DNA from: Clostridia bacterium
GTDB taxonomy: Bacteria; Bacillota; Clostridia; UBA1212
Direction of reading: 5' to 3'
DNA: 64,000 nucleotides
Assembly: GCA_017848335.1 (NCBI GenBank)
Contig: JAGDAX010000014.1
Span: forward strand, 4,560-68,559
The notes below the pieces were generated by a model. It was not told the DNA's origin. It searched no databases and was given only the letters and a program-made list of their open reading frames with translations. Both the position numbers and the translations under genes were made by a program. Below, piece after piece: positions 45,449 to 52,668 of this stretch (the first letter of the stretch is position 1; the number at the start of each line of letters is the position of its first letter).

Positions 45449-45556
45449 AATTTTGTGATGAGATGAGGATAAAAAGCCGGAATTTTGTGATGAAACGGCT
45501 CGAATTATCCGGAATTTTGTGATGAAACAGCCCAAATTATATGTAATTTTGTGATG
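45449..45556. repeat. 32-bp period tandem repeat x4 (AATTTTGTGATGAAAC...)
   Basis: AATTTTGTGATG recurs at 45449, 45481, 45513 and 45545 (exact 32-bp spacing). Ends 5 nt from the aminotransferase stop. Confidence 0.9.
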
Positions 45557-45560
45557 GCGG

Positions 45561-46865
45561 TCATTCCGCCAGCAGCTTCTCGATAGAGCAGATCTTAACG
45601 CACACGCACAAGATCTTGATGGCCGCTTCAAGCTCTTCCGGCGGAGGAAGGGTAGGCGCGATGCGGATGTTCCTGTCCTCGGGGTCATTCTTGCGGGGGT
45701 AGGTCGAGCCGGCGGGCGTAAATTTCACGCCGCACTCCTTGGCCTTCGCCACCACCGCGGAAGCGCAGCCGGGAAGTGTGTCTATGCTTATAAAATAGCC
45801 GCCGTCGGGATGGGTCCAGGTGAGTATGCCAAGGCCCTCCAGCTCATTGGTGAGTATCTTGTCCACCGCCGCGAACTTGGGCCGCAGGATCTCGGCGTGT
45901 CTCTTCATGTGCGCGATAATACCCTTGTAATCCTTGAGGAAACGCGCGTGCCTCAGCTGGTTGATCTTGTCGTAGCCGATGGTCTGCACCGTCAGGTATG
46001 ACAGGAGGTATTTGATATTGGCGATGGAGCCGCAGACCGCGGAAATGCCGCTGCCCGGGAAGGTGATCTTAGAGGTTGACCCGAAAAGGAAGACCCGCTC
46101 CGGGTTGCCGGCCTCCTTGCAGGCGTCGAGAAGGTTGAGCTGCTTCGCCGGGGCGTCGCCCAGGAAGTGCACCGTGTATGCGTCGTCGCACATAATGCGG
46201 AAGTCGGGAGCGGCGGTCTTCATGGCGGCCAGGCGTCTTATTTTCGCGTCGGAAAACACCTCGCCTGTGGGGTTTGAGTACTTCGGAACCATCCACATGC
46301 CCTTCACGGCGGGATCCTTCACCAGTTCCTCCACCAGATCCATGTCCGGGCCGTCGCCTGTCAGCGGCACGTTGATCATCTCAAAGCCCAGCTTTTCGGT
46401 GACCAGGAAGTGCCTGTCGTACCCGGGAACGGGGCACAGCCACTTGATCTTGCCCTGCTTCGTCCAGGGCTCCGAGCCGCCTGAGCTGCCGTTGCCGCCG
46501 GTGCCGAAAAGCATGAACCTCACCAGCATGTCGTACATGAGGTTGAGGCTCGAGTTGCCGCACACGACAATCTCATCCGTGCCGACGCCCATCATCTCGG
46601 CCATCAGCTGCTTCGCCTCCGGTATGCCGTCCAGCACGCCGTAGTTTCTGACCTCCTGATTGGATATGGAATTGAAGCCCTTGAGGTACTTTCTGCTGAC
46701 CATGTCGTTGGAGAGGTCCAGCTGGTCGCGGCAAGGCTTCCCGCGGGTGAGGTCGTAGGAAAGCTCGAGGTTCTTATAGCGGTTGAACGTGACGTATTGC
46801 TCGGAAAGCAGCTCCGAAAGCTGTTCTTTGCTCATTTTTGCGTATTCCATATTTGCGTGTTCCAT
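45561..46865 (-). CDS. class I/II PLP-dependent aminotransferase
   Basis: AAGGAG RBS before MEHANMEYAKMSKEQ. PKYSNPTG and GSTSKITFPGSGIS (PLP-lysine region) fit the aspartate-aminotransferase fold family. The upstream 44 codons of the listed ORF lie in a repeat. Confidence 0.85.
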   Translation of the reverse strand: MEHANMEYAKMSKEQLSELLSEQYVTFNRYKNLELSYDLTRGKPCRDQLDLSNDMVSRKYLKGFNSISNQEVRNYGVLDGIPEAKQLMAEMMGVGTDEIVVCGNSSLNLMYDMLVRFMLFGTGGNGSSGGSEPWTKQGKIKWLCPVPGYDRHFLVTEKLGFEMINVPLTGDGPDMDLVEELVKDPAVKGMWMVPKYSNPTGEVFSDAKIRRLAAMKTAAPDFRIMCDDAYTVHFLGDAPAKQLNLLDACKEAGNPERVFLFGSTSKITFPGSGISAVCGSIANIKYLLSYLTVQTIGYDKINQLRHARFLKDYKGIIAHMKRHAEILRPKFAAVDKILTNELEGLGILTWTHPDGGYFISIDTLPGCASAVVAKAKECGVKFTPAGSTYPRKNDPEDRNIRIAPTLPPPEELEAAIKILCVCVKICSIEKLLAE

Positions 46866-46913
46866 CTTTGCGCTCCTTGAAAAGTTTTGTGCGGTCTGTT
46901 CGACAATGTGCTG

Positions 46914-47025
46914 CCTGCGCGGCAACGTGCGGTCTGCGCGGCAATCTGTCTGCGCGGCAATCTGTCTGCGCGGCAATCTGTCTGCGCGGTAATACATTCG
47001 TGCGGTAATAGTGCGGCAAACGCGG
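46914..47025. repeat. 16-bp tandem repeat, about 5 copies (CTGCGCGGCAATCTGT) with degenerate tail
   Basis: Read directly between the amidohydrolase stop and the aminotransferase start. Confidence 0.9.
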
Positions 47026-47044
47026 GGTCAGCCGCTCACGTCCT

Positions 47045-47848
47045 TCAAGCGTTTTCGCGGAAAAACTCCGCCGCGTTCTTCCCGAGAATCCTCTCCTTGT
47101 CGTCGTCGGAGAGCGGCAGGCGCATGAAGTTCCCCAGCTCGGTCTCGGGATCCCACATCGGGTAGTCGGTGCCCCAGAATACGTTGCCGATCCCGTGCCG
47201 CCTGATAATGGCCGCGGCGTCCTCAGGCTCCATCATCTGGATAGAGCTGCTGGTGTCAATGTAAATGTTGGGGTTGCCGAGGTAGCCGTCCAGCGACACC
47301 ACCTTGTCCCACTCGCTGTAGCCGCCCAGATGTGCGCATATCACGATAAGCCGCGGAAAATCCTTCAGGATCTTAAGAACCTTGTCGGGGTTCGAGTACC
47401 CGTAGCGCTTGTCGCCGGTGTGGAAAAGTATGGGGAGCCGCCCCTCCGCGGCCTCGTAGATCCCGTAGGCCTCCGGGTCGTCAATGGCGAATTTCTGAAA
47501 GTCTGGGTGAAGCTTGATGCCCCTAAGGCCGAGGCTCTCGATCCGCGCCACCTCCCCGGGAATATCCTCAAACGCCGGGTGAAGCGAGCCGAAGCCGATA
47601 AATTCGGGGTGCCTCTCGACCTCGCCTGCGATGAAGCTGTTAATGGCGGTGACCTGGAGGGGCGTGGTGGCCGTTGAGCAGACGAGAATTCTGCAGGCGC
47701 CGGCCTTCTTCTCGGCCTCGATAAGGTCGTCAGAGTATCCCTTCTCCTCCATGGGAATCCCGTAAAAGTCGCCGATGGAGCTTACCGCTTTGTGGGCGAT
47801 CTTTTGGGGGAATATATGTGTGTGCATATCGTAAATCAGCGTGCTCAA
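47045..47848 (-). CDS. amidohydrolase-2 family metal-dependent TIM-barrel hydrolase
   Basis: TTG start with GGAGA RBS. N-terminal DMHTH metal motif. Later HPDFQ, HTGD, AHLGG and D (WGTDYP). Confidence 0.85.
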   Translation of the reverse strand: MSTLIYDMHTHIFPQKIAHKAVSSIGDFYGIPMEEKGYSDDLIEAEKKAGACRILVCSTATTPLQVTAINSFIAGEVERHPEFIGFGSLHPAFEDIPGEVARIESLGLRGIKLHPDFQKFAIDDPEAYGIYEAAEGRLPILFHTGDKRYGYSNPDKVLKILKDFPRLIVICAHLGGYSEWDKVVSLDGYLGNPNIYIDTSSSIQMMEPEDAAAIIRRHGIGNVFWGTDYPMWDPETELGNFMRLPLSDDDKERILGKNAAEFFRENA

Positions 47849-48128
47849 GGTAATTCTCCGTATGCGGCTTAATCAAAAGCAAATGCGGAGGCCGGGAATA
47901 AACCCTGTCTCCGCACCAAACTATAAGTGTATCACCAAAGATGTGTGATGGCAAGAAAAAAATGAAGGGTGAGTGCCGCTTTGCTGCTGCCGTAAGGATA
48001 GAGGCCGGAGGCCAGAGACTTCGGCGGCCGGTGAGTTCACGGTGCCGGGTGCCGCTTCACGGGCACTTACACGCGTTTCACAGACGCATCCACGCGCTTC
48101 GCAGGAGATTTACTGCGTTTCCCGCATT

Positions 48129-48581
48129 TTACCGCCGCGCCAGAGCGGCGTCCGTTATATTCCCGGCCTTCACGGCAAGCCTTTTGGCGGCCAGGCCGTC
48201 CTGGATCTGCCCGAAAATATGCTCCTCCAAACCGTTGTCGGCAAGGAGCTTTTTGAATCTGTACAGCGTGGTCGCGTCGGGCACTCTCTCCTCAAGGAAA
48301 TTCAGGTGCATAAATCTGCGCATGGCGTAGCTGTCGTATATCGCGTCCTCAATGCCTTCGTCCGAGAGGCCAAACCACCGTTGAAGCAGGTACATCCGCA
48401 GCATGGTCTCGATGGATTTTGCCCTGCGCCCGCGCGCGTTCCTGTAGTAAAACGGCTTGATCTCCGCGACAATTTCGTCCCAACTGACGATTTCATCCAT
48501 CGCGTCAAGAAACTCCTCGCGCTTTGTTTTGCGTTCGCGGTTACTGTATTCAAGGTCCGTAAAGCTCAGCTGATTTCCCAT
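48129..48581 (-). pseudogene. IS5-family transposase, N-terminal fragment only (150 aa; DDE domain absent)
   Basis: MGNQLSFTDLEYSNRERKTKREEFL...ETMLRMYLLQRWFGLSDEGIEDAIYDSYAMRRF...VPDATTLYRFKKLL aligns with the InsH-type N-terminal domain (DUF772). The similarity ends where VDATII would begin, and no catalytic domain follows. Confidence 0.8.
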
Positions 48582-48894
48582 ACCCGCAGCCTCCTTCCTC
48601 AGTACTTGTATTGTACCACAAAAAGGCCGGCTTGTCGCGCTCAAAAGCCCGATTTTGTGCCGGAATTCGCGCAAAACAGAGAAAAACCCGATAATTCGCG
48701 GGAATTTCCGGGAATTATCGGGAAAATGCATGATCGGGTGATTTTAAAAGCCGGCGGTTTGCGTGAGCAACGGGCGTCGCGCGGGCTTCACGGGCAATGC
48801 TTCGGGCCGCGTGAAGCCTTCACGGATCACGAGGAGAAGGGAAGCTCGCTCAGCCTTCAGGGCAGCCATTCAAGCGTCTGCTTCCTGGGCCCGG

Positions 48895-48966
48895 CAAGCG
48901 TCCGTTCCATCAGCCCTTCAAGCGTCCGTTCGCTCAGTCCTTCAAGCTGCCGTTCGACCGTCCCTG
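48895..48966. repeat. 24-bp tandem repeat x3 (CAAGCGTCCGTTCNNTCAGYCCTT)
   Basis: Read directly. Ends about 20 nt from the stop at 48988. Confidence 0.85.
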
Positions 48967-48987
48967 CACCGGAGCCGGATTGTCGCG

Positions 48988-50919
48988 TCAGTCCGCGCCT
49001 TTCAGCCTGATCGCCCGGACGTACATCACGTCTCCGTCGGCGCAGTCCATGAAGTAATCAAACCGGATCTGGTTGATCGTCCCCGTCCAGACCTTGTTTT
49101 TGGAAAGCCTGACGGTGGCCGTGTGGTACATGCCGTCGCAGACGAGAGCCGTCGAGACAGAGTTCCCCGCCATGGCGCCTGTGACGACGCCGGCAGAAAG
49201 GAAAAGCTCGGACTTCCAGGGCTGGTTCGAATTGGACAGGGGTATCATGTACTCGATCTCGAGCAGCGGATAGTCCTCGGCCATAAGGTCGTCCGCGGAA
49301 TTGTCCGCGAGGCTCAGCGTGCAGTACACGTCGTATCCGGTGGTGACGGTGAGCTTCACGCAGCCTTCTTCCTCGTCATAGCTGACTGCGGTGTTGTTGA
49401 GGTTGACGAACAGATCCTCGGAGCCGCTCTTCGTGAAGTCGAGGTCCGTGAAGTCGTAGAAATCGCCGGTGCCCTCAGGGGGCTTCTTGGCGAGCGTCAG
49501 CCCTGCGTTGTGGGCAAATGTCCTGTTGGCGGTAAAAACGTCGCGTATCTCGCGCGCAGAGCCCGACGCAATCAGATAGCTGTACTCGATAGGCTCAAAG
49601 GAGGTGATCCTCAGCTCGCTGCGGAGACCGATGTAATTGGTGGGATCCGCCATGGAATCCTTGGAGCCGTCGAACTTGAGCCTTCCCGCGTGAATAATAT
49701 CGGTGTTGGGCGTGTATACGCCGATGCCGAAATCGTGCTCGAGGTTCACCCACGCCGCCCAGCTCTCGGTGTTGCCGCGCACCAGATCGAAATGGTTCTG
49801 GCCGGTGTTGTCCTTGCTGGTCCAGTCGGAGACGTCGCTCTTTACGGTAAGCTCCGCGCCCGTCCAGGGCTCCCGGCCGTTGTAAAACACAAGGCTCTCC
49901 AGGTAGCTGACGGTGTAGAACGCGGGCAGCTCCTGCAGGAAATAGGGGTGCGTGAAGCCCGAGAAGTCGACGAACCGGTTGTCCACCTGAATGCGGTCCT
50001 CCAGCAGAACGTAGGTGTTCTCATAGTAGCAGGGGAGCAGCAGGTCGTTGTTGCCCCAGTCCTTGGGCTGGCACTTCACGTATATCTGATTTTCGCCAGT
50101 TTTTACGTCAATCAGGCGCGAATTTGTGTTGAATCTGTCGCCGCCCTGCACCGGGTTGTAGTTCCACGGGAGATCCAGGAACGTCCCCGGGTCGTAAACG
50201 CCTTCGATCGCCCCGGTGCCGTAGAAGGACTGCTGCACCAGCCGCCCCGTGTCGTGCTGGTTGACCAGATTTTCCACACCGTCAATGCGCGCGTTCTTGT
50301 CGGCAATATAGCTGACGGCGCCGCCCCAGGCCAGCCTTACGCCCAGCCTGTACCGCGCGTTCTCGATGAAGCTGTTTCCGTCCTTGTCGGCGGCGGGGAG
50401 CTCCGCTGCTTCGGTGGTGATCTCTTTCAGGGCGAAGCTGACTTTTCCGACGGTTTTTCCAGTGCTTCCTGCGCTTCCTGCGCTTCCTGCGGCCGGCAGC
50501 GGTTTGACGGTTAATTTGCGAAGCCCTGTGCCGCTTTTTCCGTCAAGCGCCCTGCTGATCAAGCCCGTGAATATACCGCCCTCCGCTTTTTCCAAAAAGT
50601 AATTGTCCGACAATATCTCGTCGCCGTCCTTATATTCGATCAGAATTTCAACGGGTCCGGAGCTGTTGTAGCTGACGGTGAATTTATTGAACGGGTCCGC
50701 GAAGCGCTCCGCTTCAAGCTCGAAGGAATAGCTTCCGTCGACCTCGACACCGTTCTCCGAAGATACGTCGCCTGTGCCCGAAGGCGCTGCAGTGGCTTTG
50801 CCTGTGTTCCCGCTGCCTTCACCGTTTTGCCCGGCACACGAAGACAGTCCCGCCGCGACAGCCGGCAGCAGGAATGCCGCCAATATCAAAGCAATGATCC
50901 TCTTGAAATGCTTTGCCAT
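48988..50919 (-). CDS. hypothetical lipoprotein (643 aa), probable glycan-active or glycan-binding
   Basis: GGAGG RBS. Lipobox AAGLSSC. C-terminal beta-sandwich-like tail (INQIRFDYFMDCADGDVMYVRAIRL). No catalytic family recognised. Confidence 0.8.
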   Translation of the reverse strand: MAKHFKRIIALILAAFLLPAVAAGLSSCAGQNGEGSGNTGKATAAPSGTGDVSSENGVEVDGSYSFELEAERFADPFNKFTVSYNSSGPVEILIEYKDGDEILSDNYFLEKAEGGIFTGLISRALDGKSGTGLRKLTVKPLPAAGSAGSAGSTGKTVGKVSFALKEITTEAAELPAADKDGNSFIENARYRLGVRLAWGGAVSYIADKNARIDGVENLVNQHDTGRLVQQSFYGTGAIEGVYDPGTFLDLPWNYNPVQGGDRFNTNSRLIDVKTGENQIYVKCQPKDWGNNDLLLPCYYENTYVLLEDRIQVDNRFVDFSGFTHPYFLQELPAFYTVSYLESLVFYNGREPWTGAELTVKSDVSDWTSKDNTGQNHFDLVRGNTESWAAWVNLEHDFGIGVYTPNTDIIHAGRLKFDGSKDSMADPTNYIGLRSELRITSFEPIEYSYLIASGSAREIRDVFTANRTFAHNAGLTLAKKPPEGTGDFYDFTDLDFTKSGSEDLFVNLNNTAVSYDEEEGCVKLTVTTGYDVYCTLSLADNSADDLMAEDYPLLEIEYMIPLSNSNQPWKSELFLSAGVVTGAMAGNSVSTALVCDGMYHTATVRLSKNKVWTGTINQIRFDYFMDCADGDVMYVRAIRLKGAD

Positions 50920-51078
50920 TCAAATGACCTCCTGAGGTGGTTGAATCACTCATTATTTTACACTGTTTTCGGTGTAAAAGCCAACTTTTCCGATCTTGGT
51001 TTTTTCTTCGCACGCTTTGCCGCAAGACGGAGCGCCCTAAGCGCCTCATAAGGCGGAATTGCCGCGGCGCCTGTTTAA

Positions 51079-52668
51079 CTATTTAAATCCGTACTTTCTT
51101 ATGAAATACGCCGGGGTGCAGCTCCAGGCGTGACAATAGCTGTTCATGAGCGGCGAGCCGTAGGGCGAGGCATCCGGATTCCCGGGCACGTAGACCTCGT
51201 AGAAGCAATCCGCTCCTTCTTTTACCATGCCGCCCCAGTAATCCTTGATGAGCTTCAGGGCGTCCCTGCGGAGGTCTGCTGCGACCAGCGCTTCCGCCAG
51301 GAAATGCATCGCGAAGGGGGTCACCGGGCGCACTATATCGCCGCCGTCCATGAGGGCGAGAGTGTTCTTCATGATGACGCGGGAGGTGGCCTTGTCGAAT
51401 ACGCCGGAAAGCACGCCGAAGGCCTGAGACAGCACCGACACCTGACCGCTCGCGGGCACCAGAAGGCCGGATTCGACGCGGAAATAACCTCTCATGCGGG
51501 CAATTCCCGGGCCGACAATACCTGCCAGCCTTTGGGCGTCCTTGCTGCGCTTGAGGATGCCTGCCAGCTCCGAAGCCTCTTTGAGCATCATGATGAAAAC
51601 GCCCTCCGCGGGAATGGTCTTGTCGAGGGAGGGGCACCAGTCTATGAAATACCTGTCCGCGGGAAGGTATTCGGCGACGCGGGTATCGGCGTTCGCGTGA
51701 ACGTCTTCGTCCGTGTGAACGTCTTCGCCCCCGTGAACGTCTTCGTCCGCGTGAATGCTTTCGTCCTCGTGAAAATATTCGTCCGAATGAACGGATCCCG
51801 CGACGGCTTCCGCCTGCCGCAGGGCAACCGGCCACAGCTCGCGCAGCGTCTCAACGTCCTTTGTGGCCCTATAATAATCCGCCAGTGTGCCGATGAAAAA
51901 CAGTGCGTAATCGTGCAGTATCCAGGCCTGGCCGCGCAGCACCGGTTCGTGGAAAACGGCGGAGCTTACAAGGCCGTCGGGGTGGGGGAGCCCGGCGAAA
52001 AGATACAGGCAGCGCTTCACGAGGTCGTTGTTTCCGAAGGTGTAATAATTCGTCCTTGCCTGCAGATAAAGGTCGCCCAGCCACAGGCGGCGGTCCCGCT
52101 TGGGCCCGTCCTCAAAGACCTCCTGCATGCAGTCCCTCAAGGTTCTGACGGCGGTTTCGTCTATCTTCCTGACAAGTGACGACGTCTGCGGGGGCAGCGG
52201 TGCAATTGCCGCCTCATCCGCGGAGGTGACCGCCGTGACGGTGCAGCCCGCGTATCTGACGGAGTAGCTTGTATTGGCGGTGAAGGTGATCTTTGCGTAC
52301 CTGAAAGCATACCGCCTGGGGAGCGTGAATGCCTCCAGAGGGTTGTCGATATGCACGGTTTCGTGCTGGAACCAGGAACGGGACATGCCGCCGCTGTAGG
52401 GCCTTTCTTCAAGCTCGCTGAGGACCTCCGCGAATTTGAACTCGACCAGAAGCGGCGAGTCCGGCGACAGGTCGTCGTCCCTCCGGCAATCCAGAGCGAG
52501 GGTGATGCGGCCCACCAGGTGCGTGCCGAAATCCAGAAGGAGCGAGCCGCCGTCCCTGAGCCATTCGCCCTCGCCGGTAACCTTGACGGGGCGCACCGTT
52601 TTTTTGTTCAGGAGAGGCTTCAGGCTCAAGGCCTTTTCGAGATAATGAGCGCCGCTGTTTTCTCTCAT
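51079..52668 (-). CDS. GH78-like six-hairpin glycoside hydrolase (no signal peptide)
   Basis: FEDGPKRDRRLWLGDLY parallels the DCPxRER-GW motif. C-terminal SYCHAWSCTPAYF resembles the GH78 C-terminal region. The ATG overlaps the upstream stop (ATGA at 52665-52668). Confidence 0.75.
   Translation of the reverse strand: MRENSGAHYLEKALSLKPLLNKKTVRPVKVTGEGEWLRDGGSLLLDFGTHLVGRITLALDCRRDDDLSPDSPLLVEFKFAEVLSELEERPYSGGMSRSWFQHETVHIDNPLEAFTLPRRYAFRYAKITFTANTSYSVRYAGCTVTAVTSADEAAIAPLPPQTSSLVRKIDETAVRTLRDCMQEVFEDGPKRDRRLWLGDLYLQARTNYYTFGNNDLVKRCLYLFAGLPHPDGLVSSAVFHEPVLRGQAWILHDYALFFIGTLADYYRATKDVETLRELWPVALRQAEAVAGSVHSDEYFHEDESIHADEDVHGGEDVHTDEDVHANADTRVAEYLPADRYFIDWCPSLDKTIPAEGVFIMMLKEASELAGILKRSKDAQRLAGIVGPGIARMRGYFRVESGLLVPASGQVSVLSQAFGVLSGVFDKATSRVIMKNTLALMDGGDIVRPVTPFAMHFLAEALVAADLRRDALKLIKDYWGGMVKEGADCFYEVYVPGNPDASPYGSPLMNSYCHAWSCTPAYFIRKYGFK
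51696..51785 (-). repeat. in-frame 18-bp tandem repeat x5 inside the CDS (encodes HSDEYFHEDESIHADEDVHGGEDVHTDEDVH)
   Basis: GTGAACGTCTTCGTCCGT-type units counted directly on the plus strand. Confidence 0.9.

Noticed and set aside
45449-45556. CRISPR-like appearance of regularly spaced short direct repeats. This also applies to 25524-25657, 59042-59187 and 14549-14728.
   Set aside because: The 'spacers' between the conserved cores are themselves repeated, so the whole unit is the repeat. The cores are only 12-20 bp, copy numbers are 3-10, and there are no cas genes in 64 kb. These are plain tandem repeats.
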